From the NCBI RefSeq assembly GCF_009914755.1, contig NC_060935.1: a stretch of 64,000 nt of DNA; one strand, given 5' to 3'. Source of the stretch: the human T2T-CHM13v2.0 reference genome, Homo sapiens. The notes beneath the pieces were generated by a model. It saw only the letters and a program-made list of their open reading frames with translations. It did not search any database and was not told the DNA's origin. The position numbers were made by a program, and so were the translations under genes. This document shows positions 15,230-31,625 of this stretch, piece by piece. Position 1 is the first letter of the stretch. Each line of letters begins with the position of its first letter.

Positions 15230-15513
15230 TTTGAGACAAGAGTCTCGCTCTGTTACTCAGGCTGGAGTGCGGTGGTGCAATCTCGGCTCACCGCAACCTC
15301 CGCCTCCCGGTTCAAGCGAATCTACTGCCTCAGCCTCCCGAGTAGCTGGGACTATAGGTGCATGCCACCACGCCTGGCTAACTTTTCGTATTTTTAGTAG
15401 AGATGGGGTTCCACCTTGTTAGCCAGGATGGTCTTGATCACCTGACTTCGTGATCCGCCCACCTCAGCTCCCTAAAGTACTGGGATTACAGGCGTGAGCC
15501 GCGGCGCCCGGCC
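15230..15513 (-). mobile_element. AluSc-like, very short tail
   Basis: ttagccaggatggtcttgatc; perfect TSD ttactttcactttt. Confidence 0.93.
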
Positions 15514-15789
15514 TTACTTTCACTTTTATGAGACGGGGTAGGTAGATAGTTCCCGTCTGAAAATCCATGCTGCCACATTGTGTGAGCCACACTGTTATTA
15601 TTCTTTACTTTCAGGAGGAGCTGCTTACACAGTTTACCAACTCCCTAGGCCTTGTTCCAGCAAACATAAATCTTCAAAATGAAAAGAACTCCTAGTCCTT
15701 AAGAGTTAGGTCAGAGGAAATCTTCCATTGCCACCCCAACTCCCTTGCTACACCACAAGAAGGATTAATCACCCCCATCTAACCTTCCA

Positions 15790-15964
15790 TACCCTTTGTA
15801 GTCATCTCATTATATCACTTTTCTCATTTTCATTAGTTATCTGTGTATGAGCCTGACTTTGCTAGGATGTGAGCTCCTTAAGAGCAGGAAATGCTCTATG
15901 AACTTAAAAGGCCTAGTTCACACTGGGGGCTCAACAAATGTCTATTGAATAAATTAATGAATGA
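15790..15964 (+). mobile_element. L2 3' end
   Basis: tgtgagctccttaagagcagg...ctcaacaaatgtctattgaataaattaatgaatga. Confidence 0.7.
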
Positions 15965-15978
15965 CTGCTTTAGAGGTA

Positions 15979-16466
<488 letters not shown>

Positions 16467-16750
16467 TTATTGCACTAGCTTGAATGGAGGACTCTACCAA
16501 GAACCATATCATTTTATACATCACAATTGTTCATTATTGGTTATTAATATGTTTGGCTCTGCTGATCACACCCACAGAGGGCAAATAACCCAATGGACTA
16601 TTATCCTGCTTACTCTTTCTTTTCCTTAACAAATTAAAACAGTAATTTAAAAAGCCCAAGCTTAGTAGAATTAGTGAAAAATGATGATGAATATTTCAAA
16701 TACTAACCTGAAAGTTCAGCTATCAATTCAGAGCCAAAACTAGGGTCTTC

Positions 16751-17045
16751 ATATATATATACATATATATATGAATACATATATACATATATATGAATAT
16801 ATATATACATATATATGAATATATATACACATATATGAATATATATATGAGAGAATATATATTTCTATACATGTTTATATATGTTTTTATGTGTACATAC
16901 ATATGTATATGTTTATATACAAACATACATATAAATATGTTTTATATATGTGTAAACATGCTTATATATACATGTATATTCTATACATGTTTATATATGT
17001 ATAAACATATATGTCTGAGTATATCTATATGTATGTTTTTATAAA
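16751..17045. repeat. Degenerate (TA)n / (TATG)n tract of about 295 bp
   Basis: Direct reading. Confidence 0.95.
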
Positions 17046-17913
17046 CAAATCCTCAAGAGTTCAACCTCAGTTTTTGTAGACCAATGCTTCTATATCTCAG
17101 AAACTTGAGATGAAGAAATAATCTTGGAAAATTACGTAAAATTAAATTTAGCCAGATTGCACTCTCAGTACAGCTTCTAAAAAGTATGTGTCAAATGAAA
17201 TCTCAGGTTGTAAATTACAACTCACCTAGTTTTAATTTCATGAGAGAAACATAACTAGCATATTCAGTTTACAGTCCACTTCCACACCCTCTTGTTAAGC
17301 AGATTAACCAACTGTCTGGAATTTTTCAAGCAAAAAGAGATAAAATGATCTTGGCTCAATTTTAAGAGTAGTTATCTTTTCAGGCACTTAGGTAATCTAT
17401 TGAAAGAGCAATCATATATCAGAAATGTGATTAAGTAGGAAAAGGTATAAATATATCCATTTGATGAAGATACATTTCAATGCAAGTCTTGAAGAATAGA
17501 AAGAGAAATTAAAGATTGCAAAGAACTGTCACCTATGGCAGAAGCTATTAGTCATGTCATGGTGAAGAAATAATGACTGTCTTAGAGTTGCTCAGTTCTT
17601 CAAGGTGAACTTCAAAAGAATAAAGTAACTTCAAAGAAAAACACAGAAAGAAGAATATGAATCACAGTAGACGTGTTGCTGGTGGAGTTAAGCATGTACC
17701 TGTTTTAGTTGATACATAGGTCCGAAACACGTCAAAGCTTATTTTTTCCTTTTCAAAAATCATACTCTGAATTTTCTCTGCAACATGAGCTGAATTAGAA
17801 AACTTCCACCTGATCATAGTAGGCATAGTATCTTGGTCTGAATGCTACATAATGAAGGATAATCCAGAAATCTAGTAAAATATTGTCACTGGGAAGAGCG
17901 TGTATCTGTTTCT

Positions 17914-18220
17914 GGATTAATCAGGATAGGCTAGGTTACACTGTTGAGCAAAATTAACACCTAAATTTCAGTGTCTTAACACTATCAATTATTTTTTTTT
18001 CCTTACAAAAATCTTCTACAAGTTGAGCAGTTTCCAGGCTGTTAACAAAGAGCTGGAGGTCAAGAAGGGGCTTTTTGCTGGTTCAGCTTAAAGTCCATTG
18101 CCTAGAACAAAACATAAGATCCTGCCTAACTTCAAAGGAGCTAGGAAATGTAGTGTCCCATCTACATGCTCATGAAAGAGAGGAAAACCAGATATTGAGG
18201 TGCAGTAATGATGTTACTAG
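17914..18220 (-). mobile_element. MLT1K/L-type MaLR LTR, internally deleted
   Basis: aatcaggataggctaggttac...aaggagctaggaaatgtag. Confidence 0.65.
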
Positions 18221-18504
18221 TGAGCATATGTTAGATGATACCTATAGAGGGTCCAGCATCAGCATCAGAAACAAACCTCTCTGAGGAAAGTAGGTAGATA
18301 AGGACATACTCTGAGATGAAAAGATAAAAAAATAACATCACTGGTCATGAACAGGTCATTTTTAGTGTAGAAATAGTCCAGAAAAATGATGTATTGGACA
18401 ATGTCTTAGAATCAGCTTATAAATTGAATGCATTCCAATTGCTCACTGCTTAATGAATTCCAGAAGTAGTGGTTTTGGAAAGGGAAGAACTGACTTGTTC
18501 GGTA

Positions 18505-18996
18505 AGTTTTGGTTTTCTATTGATTCATAACACCTTACTGCAATTTAGTGGCTTAAAAAATAGCCATTAATTATCTCACATTTCTGTAGGTCAGAAGTTT
18601 GATATGACATAATGGGATTCTCAACTGAGTCTCACTAGGTTACATCAAAGTGTCACCCATGGCTGTGTTCGTAATATAAGGCTCTGGGTCTAAGCTCACT
18701 GGTTGAAGTAATTTCCTTCTCATGCTTTCTTTGTGGGCCCCTATCTATTCAAGCAAGCATCAGCAGGCCAGTCCTTCTCATGCTGTGAATATTTCTGAGT
18801 TTCTCTTCTTATTTTAAGGCTCATGTAATTACAGTGAATCCCCCCAGAAAATCCAGGATAATCTCCCTATTTTAAGTTTAGTTGATTAGCAACCATAATT
18901 ATGTCTGCAAATTCCCTTTGACTGCATTATGTAATATAACCAAAGGAATAACGCCAAGCAGGAGAGATCACGGGGGGCAAAAATCTGCCTACTACA
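18505..18996 (-). mobile_element. MLT1E-type MaLR LTR
   Basis: ttagtggcttaaaa...tctgtaggtcagaagt...aatccaggataatctccctattttaag...ctgcctactaca. Confidence 0.75.
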
Positions 18997-19770
18997 CTAT
19001 AATAGGAATCTTTAAGCCTAATATTTGTTTTACATGTAACGATTTTGTTTATCTAACAGGATATTGTAAAATGGACACATACTTTCAATGGATTTGGGTT
19101 GGGATGAGTGATGAATAAGAAAGAGAAAGTTATAAAGAATAAGCTTGTCCAACCTAGAGATGAGGGAAAACGAAAAAGAGTAGGAAATAGGGCTAAGAGT
19201 AAGGAGAATAAAAGGAGCAGCGGATGTGCAATGGAAAGCATGAAGGAGACATCAAACTTAATACTAGCAATTGGTGGAGAGACCATATAGTGGGCTATAA
19301 TATAAATCATTAGCAACAAAGAAATGTTATATTGCTCATAGTAATTCAGGTACTAAGAAGCTTAAATATGGTAGGAATTTCCTGATTTCCCTACTACCTA
19401 AATAGATTATAATAAATAAAGTGTATTTGTTTTTCTGAATTTACCAGCTGGCATTATGGAATCATGAAAATATAGTAAAAATTCAAGGGGACAGTATGTA
19501 TACAAAGTGGCAAGCTCACATTTAGCTCCTAAAAAATAAATGAATGGAAGGAAAAAAGTTTGATTATTTAAAAACCACTAATTGTCATTAGTTTATATCA
19601 AATCAATAGATAAGACTTAGCAGAATGTTTCCTAAAACTAACTGGTCAATGAATATGTTCAAACTCTCCATCAATATGAACTTCTTTCCTTATTTCTGTC
19701 CATTCTCTGGTACAGGTTCTAACACCTCCGAAAGAAGCCAGAAATAAGGTGTCAGAAATATCATGACCAT

Positions 19771-20130
19771 TTATATGGGTTGGCTGTGTCCCCACCCAAA
19801 TCTCATCTTGAATTATAGCTTCCACAATTCTCATGTGTTGTTGGAGTGACTTGGCGGGAAGTAATTGAATCATGGGGGCAGGTCTTTCCTGTGCTATTCT
19901 CGTGATAGTGAATAAGTCTTATTAGATCTGATGGCTTTATAAAGGGGAGTTTCCCTACATAAAGTCTCTTCTCTTGTCTGCCGCCAAGTGAGATGTGCCC
20001 TTCATCTTCCACCATGATTGTGAGGCCTCCCCAGCCACATGGAACTTGTGAGTCCATTAAACCTCTTTCTTTTGTAAATTGCCCAGTCTCACATATGTTT
20101 GTATCAGCATCATGAAAATGGACTAATACA
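19771..20130 (+). mobile_element. THE1B-like solo LTR
   Basis: ttggctgtgtccccacccaaatctcatcttgaatt...atggactaataca; perfect 5-bp TSD accat at 19766-19770 and 20131-20135. Confidence 0.93.
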
Positions 20131-20441
20131 ACCATCAATAGCACACTAATATTATCTCAAAAACAAAAATCAACAACAAAATGGGGGAGAAGGGATTATG
20201 TGGTCAAATAAATTTCAGGCGTGTTAACTTCAAGAAAACTTAACAGACACATTCCATGCTGGATTGCTCAGAAACTTTAAAGTGCTAATGTTCATTGTGA
20301 GTTTTTAAGAGAGATATTTAATCTGAAGAGTTTCCAAAAATATTTGGCTAGGAAACATGTTTTCAGTCAGACTATGGCAGAGGTTGCTAGCTGTTCAACA
20401 AATTTTGTGCTCTCTTTTCCATAGTAGAAAGTAGAACCTGT

Positions 20442-21052
<611 letters not shown>

Positions 21053-21263
21053 TTACTGGGTGATAGGTTCATGACATTGGAATTTGAGCAAAAGACATAT
21101 GAGTGCCTGAAGCAAGGCTTTTAAGAAAACGGTATCCCTTGTCTGTGATCTCTTTCTCCTTTCTCTGCTAGTAGAAAGAAGTTTGGCAGACCCTTAAAAT
21201 GAAAGGATCCTGGGTCACTGTGTGGAAGAAAGTTCTCAGTGATCAGGAATACATATATTAGAC

Positions 21264-21475
21264 CAGCGATTTTCTACTTGGTGTGATTTTGTCCCTCAGG
21301 AAACATTTGGCAATGTCTGTAAATATTTTTAGTTATCACTACTGAGGAGTTGGCATTACTGACATTTAGTGAGTAGAGGCCAGGGAAGCTGCTAAACATT
21401 CTACAGTGCATAGAACAGCTCTTCATGACAACAAATTATCCAATGTATCAATAGGGCCAAAGCTGATAAACAATT
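21264..21475 (+). mobile_element. MER20 hAT MITE
   Basis: gattttgtccctcaggaaacatttggcaatgtctg...gagtagaggccagggaagctgctaaacattctacagtgca. Confidence 0.85.
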
Positions 21476-23323
21476 TAGACTGTTAAGTGAGAGAAAAATA
21501 TTTTTCTATTGTATTAAGGCACTGAAATTATGGGGTTTATTATGGCAGCTATTGGTACCTTAACTTGTATCTCCTAGAGTTGATGTTCCAAGGACCATAC
21601 TTCAGGGAAAACACATTACATAATCAATCCTGTAAATACCATGATTTACTGGTTGTCAAGATGCGCTGACTCTACCTTCAGAGAATTTCTGAATGTAATT
21701 CCAACCTCTGTGTTTTAGCTGGCACAATCCTACTAAGATATGCATTTCCTCTTTCCTGAGGTATTACAATAATTTCCTAAATGAACTTTTTGTCCCTAGT
21801 TGACTTGGTTATTTTTACAACATTAAGCAGTGACAGAACTAGAACTTGAAGTCAAGTTTCTACATCTAAATCCTTTGTACTCATTCACCAATGTGTGAGA
21901 GGTACTCTATTGTTACGGGGAGATTTTGAACTTGAGAATTGAAGAGACCTATCTTTAAATAGTCTTGATTCTTAATAAAATCATAATTTTAGAAAAACCA
22001 CAAAGTACGTGTCTGAGTTTGGCCTCAACTGTAAAATAAAAATTTTAAATTTAGATTATTTTTTAGAATTAATATACTTCTTGGGATATGGTAAATTCGC
22101 ATGAAATTGTAACAAATTATTAGGGAAAAAGAAATGTGCATTGCCTCAGGCTTACTGACCTATATTTTTTCACTGAACTATTTGCGGATCCATCTAGGTA
22201 GATGTTTTCTTTCCCTAGAAGGAGTGTTTTCAGCGAGTGGGAAATCTCTAAGTTGTTCAAGCACTGTCTTCCTCCCCAAAGCTTACATATGTGCGCCTGC
22301 ACAGAATACTCAGACTTATGGCCATCTTCTTGTCTTTGTGCCCCTTAAGACCTGCAGCCAGCTTACGGTTGGGCTTCATTTGTAATCATTCACTCATTTT
22401 ATTGTATTGGTTTTAAAGTTGCTCCTCTGTGTTATATACATGTACTGTAACTTGGTTCTTATTTTTGGCTGTTGATGTTAAATCAATTTGCTTTAAAAAA
22501 CAATTATGGGGAAACAAAGAAGCAGCACAGGCAAAATCTCACATTGTTCCACCTGTCAGGAATACTTACATATCTAAATTTTACCACTCTACCAAATGTC
22601 TCACTTTTACCCTGAAAATGTCCCTGACATAGCTGCTAAAAATAATCGTTCCCTCTATGGACTTTCCACTCTCCTTAGTGTCTCTCTTTATTTGTATATT
22701 AATGTGTTCGTATATTCATTCCACAAATATTCATTAAGTATCAGGCTCTGTACTGAGACTCATCACTTCATAACTTGAACTCTGGTTATGAACTTCTCTT
22801 ATATCTCCTAGACAAAATTCCTTATGGTACTAGACCACAGATTACCGATTTATGTACTCCTCTCACAGAACCTGGAGCTGCACATAGTAAGTGCTTAGTA
22901 AGTATCTATAATACTCACTGCTTCACACAGAAGCTAGAGATTTACTATTTACCATAGGTTTTCTAATTACCTTAATGACTCTAAACACAGAATCACAAAT
23001 CACACACATACACCAAAACTTACTTATGTTGGTTTCTATGTTTCACTCCTGGTGCTAGCAAACTCAATTAAAAATTAAAAGAGGGATACATAAAACAAAA
23101 CTATAATTTGGGCAATGCTATTCTATAATTTTATGTGCTGAGGGAATAACATCAATCTTCTAACATGGATAACAATTACACACTTAAGAAGGTTTCCTAA
23201 TGAAAGAGAAATAAAAGCTCAATTATGTATAAAAATTACAGCTACCAAATGAGTTTAGGGGATTAAGAATACCAACCATTTATATGACTAAGAATTTATA
23301 AGAGCTTAAAAAGTGTCACGTGC

Positions 23324-23667
23324 TTTTTTTTTCTTTTTCTTTTCTTTTTTTTTTTTTTTTTTTTGACAGGGTCTAGCTCTGTTACCCAGGCTGAAATTCA
23401 GTAGTATGATCACAGCTCAGCGCAGTTTTCACCTCCAGGGCTCAAGCGATTCTCCCACCTTAGTCTCCTAAGTAGCTGGGACTACAGGTGCATGGTGCAT
23501 GCCACCATGCCCAGCTGATGTTTTTTTTTTTTTTTACTTTTTTTTTTGGTAGAGACAGAGTCTCACTGTGTTACCCAAGCTGCTCTTGAACTCCTGGGCT
23601 GAAGTGATCCACCTGCCTCAACCTCTCAAAGTGTTGGGATTACAGGCATGAGGCACTGCACCTGGTC
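23324..23667 (-). mobile_element. AluJ
   Basis: gatcacagctca, gggctcaagcgat, ctcctgggctgaagtgatcc. Confidence 0.92.
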
Positions 23668-23752
23668 ACATGCATGAACTTAAGCATCCTGATTGGGTGA
23701 AACAAACAAATCAAAACGCCTGTATCTGTGTAACCATTAAAATTTAATGTTA

Positions 23753-24078
<326 letters not shown>

Positions 24079-24561
24079 CTATGTAAAGTGCTAAGTAGCA
24101 AAGTTTCTTTGTTTCCTCCAGGCCATTTTCTATCAAAAGTTTCCTTCTAGCTGGCTGCCCAGTTTAAGTCACCTGTACAGCATTTTAAGAAAATTTTCTT
24201 ATCATGTCAGATCCTATTATCAAGAAGAATGTTCAACTTTTAAAGAAAATATCAGCTAATATTTTCTTTTACGTGAATTGGGAGTTGGGGTTAGCATTAC
24301 AATTTGAAGGCAAGGACTCTCTTTGCTTATCCACAGTGACTACTGCCACGTTTGTCTCATGTAAAGAACTTAGCAAGTGCTTACTAAGTGAAGGAATGAT
24401 AGATAAATTTGGCCCTCAGATAACATTAAAATTGAAATATATACACAATTATATTTAATATTTTTTATAACTTCTAAGCATTTATAGATATTATGTTATT
24501 AGATAAATTACTAAAAACTAATAGTAACAATATTAGCATAATAATACTATATTAAAATTAA

Positions 24562-24926
<365 letters not shown>

Positions 24927-25938
24927 TGATGACATTTAATTGAGACACTGTACTATAATATCTTTTTTACCTTTTTACATCTATGACTACAATTCAGAAT
25001 TCAAATACGATTCATAAATAAGGCATATGACAAGGAAGACATAAGAAAGGGCTATAAAATGTCGATTTTCTCTTCCTTAGATACTTAACAACAATTATAG
25101 TACTATCTAAAATCTTTTCTGAGCAGGAAATTTTACAAAATATTTTGCACATGTATCACCTAACCTTATGTCACCACAGCTTGGAAGATGAGTAGCAGTA
25201 TTCTGCTCTTATAGCCTGAGAACCTGAGGCTCACCTGGAGAGATCAGTGGATGTGTACAAAGTCACACAATGTAGCTTCCACTTACCCCACTCTCATCAA
25301 TGTATAAAAATTCACTCTAGAGCTTAATGATGGATGCAGAAAGATAGGTTTAAAACTAATTTACTGACTATTAAAAATCCTATTAATTGGAAAGATACTA
25401 AGAGCAGATCACCAATTTGGTAAAACTGCAAATGAACAAAAAAAGTGATAAAATCCTTGGCTAATGTGTGGCATAATGAAGATGTTAATGAGTTTAATAC
25501 TTGGGTATATTTTGTGAAACTCATCATGTTTGCATAAGAGCAACTTATAGCTCGTCCTTTGGTTGTTAAACCTTCCTCCAGTGTGGTGAGTACAACTGGG
25601 TCAGGTTCCTGGACAGGCCAAAATGTAGTAGGATCTATTATTGTTCAGCTCCCAAATAATATTAAGATAAGCACTAACTGGGACTTATAAGGAATGATTC
25701 AATACTGAGATGGGATCTCAACAGGATTTGTCATGCTTCCTTGTGTAGGGCTCTCTAAAAACAGGACTTACTGTCCAGTAGTGAGGTAGGAGTTGAGAGT
25801 AGTCAGACCAAGTAGCATCATGGAATCGAGTAAAATGCTTTTGCCCTTGATAAGACATTGATTGAGAGAGAATAATGTGTTTTTCTGCGCATGGGATTCT
25901 AAACAATATATTTTCTAAAAAAAATTAACTGCTGGTAA

Positions 25939-26451
<513 letters not shown>

Positions 26452-27074
26452 TAAAGACCCCATCCTCTCTTCCACTCCTTCCCTGGCACACATGCTTATA
26501 TTAGCCCATTAAGGAACCCAGCCTACTTTAATGGAGGCCTGCCTTTCCACTCAAGGGTGAGGGTTTAGGCCTCCAGGTTTATGGCAGAAAGACGTAGAGG
26601 GTGGAGGACAGAGTGCTTCCCCACCCATGCAACTTCCTGCCTTCCCCTAACTCCTCCCACATTGTCTGTCCCCACTGTTCCCCAGACATAACTGGCTATA
26701 AGGTTATGAAGACTTTGAGGAAGGATGCAGCAGAGAGTTCTGACCTATGCTAGAAGAAGTTGAGAGCGGTTATTTCCAGATTCCTGAGAGGTCCAGGCAT
26801 TGACTGAAGTTGCATCAGTGAGAAGCTTAGCCAGCTAACAGTCAGATGCCCCAGTTGAGTCCAGTCAATCCTAGGCTGCTTTTTTTACACTGAACCAGCC
26901 TGACAAACCTCCTAAGGTCTTAAGAGGCTGTTTGTTTGATCTTTCAATTTCTACTTCACATTTTTCTTAGGAATTATTGAATAAAATAGTAAGTTAGAAT
27001 GTCAGAATAAAAGATAAATGGTCTTGCAGCTGTGTACATCATTTCCTAGGAATTGGCTGGGGAAAATCATGATA

Positions 27075-27300
27075 ATGACAGCTAAGACATACACTTTGTA
27101 CTATGTGCCAGGCACTTTTCTCAATATTTTATACATATTAACTGATGTCATTCTTAATCCTATGTGATAGATATTATTATTACCCCCAACTCACAGAAAA
27201 AGAAACTAAGTCCCTGCTCAAGGTCACACAGGTTGCAGAACCTAAATTCAAATCCCTGCAGTTTGGCTTGAGTGAATGCTCTTAACTATTATACCATGCG
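27075..27300 (-). mobile_element. MIR
   Basis: tactatgtgccaggcac...agaaactaag...caaggtcacacag...tgctcttaactat. Confidence 0.8.
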
Positions 27301-27399
27301 CTCTACTGCTGCAGGAACAGCCACCTGTTCTGCATCCTCTCACTGTTTCTAATCTTACAGATCTTATTCCTGAAACACCAAACTGAAAACAGTTTACTG

Positions 27400-27780
27400 A
27401 ATTACCTATCCTTTTTCATGTATCTGATCTTTCTTTGTATATGACTGTCTTATCCCCATGGATTGTTCTTCCCCCAAGTCCCCTCTCCTTTGAAGACAAT
27501 TTCTTGCCCTTTAAATTTAGTTTACAAAGATGATTTGCCTTGCCTGAACTCCTAAACAATACTAATTACTCCCTTGTTTGCATTCCAGTGTACTTCTTAC
27601 TCCCTCTTCACAGTTACCATACTAAGTTTTGTTGGTCTGTTTACATATCTTTATCATCTACAAATCTAAGGCCTTCTTGAAGCCATAGTCTCTATCTCAT
27701 TCCTCTTTGTTGCATCAGTACCTCAGCTAAGGTCTGGCACACAGTAAAGTCCCTCAGTGAATATTTCTGTAATACATTAA
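27400..27780 (+). mobile_element. L2 3' region
   Basis: tctggcacacagtaaagtccctcagtgaatattt terminus. Confidence 0.6.
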
Positions 27781-28362
27781 TGGATTATTAATAACATATT
27801 TGAATAGCATTTGAGAGCTTCTAATATGTTTTCTATGCATTCCCTTATTTATCTAAGTAGACAAACATGCATATCACACACACATACTGTACAACAGAGA
27901 TTATTCAGCTTCATTTGACAACTGAGAAAGCTAGGTTCAGGGAAGTTGGTCACAGTTTCTCCAACTTAAAATCCTGCTCTGTATATCTGGAGACAGTTGT
28001 TCCCAAAACCAGGAAGATCTCGTGTCACGATTTTTAATTGTCCTGAATGACCTGCTCGATGGTGCTCACAATATTCTAGTATTGATTATTCCACTAGAAT
28101 ATCATTCAAGGGCAGTCGTTTCCTTTAGTGGACTCTCTTGCTATCAGTGATGCCACTGTGATAGAATAAGAACAGTGACAGGACATTTAAACTCTCATTC
28201 CTCCCTATCGTGTCCTTTTCCCCAATGTATGTTCTTTAGAGGACAAAAATTCTCTATATTTTTCATCTTTATGCATTCCATACCATTAATCACACTCTAT
28301 ATAGAGAAGGTACTCCAAAATATATTTCTTAAATAAATATATAACATGAAACATTTTCTTTT

Positions 28363-28674
28363 GTCTTTTTTTTTTTTTCCCCTGGGATGGAGTCTTGCTT
28401 TGCTCACTTTGTTGCCCAGGCCGAAGTGCAGTGGCACAATCTCAGCTCACTGTAACCTCCTCTTCCAGAGTTCAAGCAATTCTGCTGCCTCAGCCTAACA
28501 AGTAGCTGGGATTACAGGCACAGGCCACCACGCCTGGCTAATTTTTGTATTTTTAGTAGAGACGGAGTTTCCCCATGTTGGCCAGGCTGGTGTCAAACTC
28601 CTGACCTCAAGTGATCCGCCTGCCTTGGCCTCCCAAAGCGTTGGGATTACAGGCGTGAGCTGCTGCACCCAGCC
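28363..28674 (-). mobile_element. AluSz/Sx
   Basis: TSD aaacattttcttt on both sides. Confidence 0.93.
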
Positions 28675-29368
28675 TAAACATTTTCTTTGGATAGTTTATT
28701 GTTTATCTTTTATTTAAAATTTGGTTAGACTTCTAACTAATTTTTAACCAGGGTTCGCACATTTTTTAAGTCCCTAACATAAATATTTTTTGTGCTATGA
28801 TGTTACTAGGGATGATATTTATTTAATTTTACTTCTTGGTTTTCATTTGTTTGTAACAGCAGATTACAGATTCTCTGTTAATTCAGCTCTTCAGAGTGGT
28901 CTGCCAGCATGTCTAACCACTCAGCTACCTTAAACAGGTACTCCCTAAAAGTAGCATGAAGTTTTAAGAAAGTTAATTGTTCACACAGGACTCGACTCAC
29001 ACATCCTAATTCAGGGATCAAAATGTCACATAAATCCCTAACAATGTGAAGGTAGGTCAAACAAACAGGACTTTAAATTGCAAATAGGTCAGTGGAGGAT
29101 CAAATAAAAATACTATTTCTAATAACATATGCATTGTACAGTTCATAAACTGACTACTCATACTATGTGCCCAGAAAGTAATTAGGTTCAAGAATGATTT
29201 TAAATCAATTTGTTTAATCCTTTTAACTATCAAAAAAACAAAAATAAAAACAATTTACTACAAGTCTGTTTAATCCTGGGGCAGATAAGGAAACAGTGTT
29301 TGCCTCAGGGAGTTACAGATATATAAACAAATATGATGTGATGTGTGCAAGTTTAATGTGCCTTGGAA

Positions 29369-29686
<318 letters not shown>

Positions 29687-30203
29687 AAAGTACCTCAGAA
29701 CAAGGAAGAGGGTGTACATGGTAGGAGGAGGGGTGAGGCTTCATGGAGGAGGTGGCATTTCAGGAGATCCCACTCCAAAAATAAACCACATTTTGACAGG
29801 TGAAATGAAAGAAAAAGACATATTAGACGTAGACAAAAATTAGTGCAAAAGCATACAGGTAGAAAAGATCAGAGAATTGCAAAAGGAAATTCTGTGTGAT
29901 CAGAGGGAATAAGGCCTAGGAAGAGAGACACACAATGGATATGAAGGAAACCAGGCCTTAGAGGAGGTCATGAGTGTATATCATGGAAAACTGCAAAGAG
30001 GATTGAACCCCCTTATGTTTGTGCCCCCACTGAGCCATTTATTTTCTTTAATCACAGCATCTGTAAGAATATAGTTATTTGTTCACAATAATCTTATATT
30101 AAACTATAATCATCTTGAGGGCAGAAACTACCTCACTTATCTCAGTATTTCAACAGCTAGCCCTGTGCCAGGCAGAGTTGGTGCTTTAAAAAATATGTAT
30201 ATT

Positions 30204-30497
30204 GGCTGGGTGTGGTGGCTCACACCTGTAATCCCAGCACTTTGGGAGGCCAATGTAGGCGGATCACAAGGTCAGGAGACCACCCTGGCCGACATAATGA
30301 AACCTTGTCTCTACTAAAAATACAAAAATTAGCTAGCTGTGGTGGTACACGCCTGTACTCCCAGCTGCTCAGGAGGCTGAGGCAGGAGAATCACTTGAAC
30401 TCGGGAGGCGGAGGTTGCAATGAACTAAGATCACACCACTGCACTATAGCCTGGGCGACAGAGTGAGACTCCATCTCAAAAAAAAAAAAAAAAAAAA
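30204..30497 (+). mobile_element. AluS
   Basis: Dimer with poly-A. Confidence 0.92.
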
Positions 30498-31389
30498 GTA
30501 TGTTGACTGAGTAAATTATATTTTTTCACACCACAAAATCTGGACTCAAAGTCTTGGATCTATGGTGGAATGTTGTATTATCTGATTATCTGGTGTTAGA
30601 TATATTTAAATCAGTATCACAAACTATTTCATGATTGGTTTCCTCTAAAACTCTGACTCATCTGGTTGCATCACTGACATGATGGACTCTCTTATTTCCC
30701 TAATGCCCTTAACTATCCATCTCTTCCGTACTCTATCTCCAGCCTCCACTGAACTTGCTTATTTGGAAACATTTTATGGAATTCCCCTATTGCTTTTTTT
30801 GGTTAGAGTCAATCATGGCTGTTTTAACTGCATTGGTCATGGACTTACTATGATTAAAAGGGATTTAGGGACTAATTGTTCTCAGTACATTAGTCCTTGA
30901 CACATTCATCTTGGATCTCATTGGCACTTATTCAATTGGTGCTGTTTGGCAGCTGCTCAATTGTTAGTTATTATCTATCGGGAACAAGACTTTAATCAGA
31001 ATTTTACTCCCAACTATGTATTGCCAATTTATATGTAGCTCATGCCAATTCAGGGAAAAATAATTCCAAGTGGTTCTTGGAGTTTGGTGAAGTGATCCTA
31101 AGAAATGAAGCTCACATATTTCTAAATAAAGTTGGCACATTCGGATGTGATATGATACATGAAAGAAAAGTGGGTTGTTTGAACATTAAAATGCTGGAAA
31201 CATTTATCATTTTAACAAAGCATAATTTTGAGAGACCAAAATCAAAATTCATAAACACAGGTAAGATAATAACTGTCTTTTAGAATCCAGAAAAAAAATT
31301 TAAAGGACTACCCTACTACTGCTTATGCTAATTTCAGCCCAATGCTTGTAATGAAATCATGGCAGGCCAGTGTAGTACATTGGTAAAGC

Positions 31390-31625
31390 TGGTGGGCTCT
31401 GTATTGATGTCGCCTGGCTTCAACTTTAGCTTCAGTGTGCCTAAACTGGGAGCCTTGGGTATAGTTTTAAACATTCTGGGCCTCAGCTTTCTCATTCCTT
31501 GAATGAGGTCCACAATCATATCTCCATTAAAAAGCTGTGGTGAGGATCAAATAAATTATCTAAGGAAAAAAACCACTTGGCACAGTTCCTGCTATATCAT
31601 ATGTACTCTATAGATGCTGGGAATT
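31390..31625 (+). mobile_element. MIR
   Basis: gggcctcagctttctcat...tgtggtgaggatcaaataa. Confidence 0.65.

Noticed and set aside
16723-17044. Y/I/M-rich ORFs
   Set aside because: Translation of the (TA)n tract.
22569-22611. Possible - strand micro-exon with a GTAAGT donor
   Set aside because: Weak polypyrimidine tract and no recognisable peptide.
25551-25585. Possible + strand exon ending GTG|GTGAGT
   Set aside because: Acceptor lacks a pyrimidine tract.
28860-28937. Good acceptor plus Kozak-like gccagcATG
   Set aside because: Weak donor (gtactc), stops in all frames from the acceptor, and the ATG frame closes within about 16 codons.
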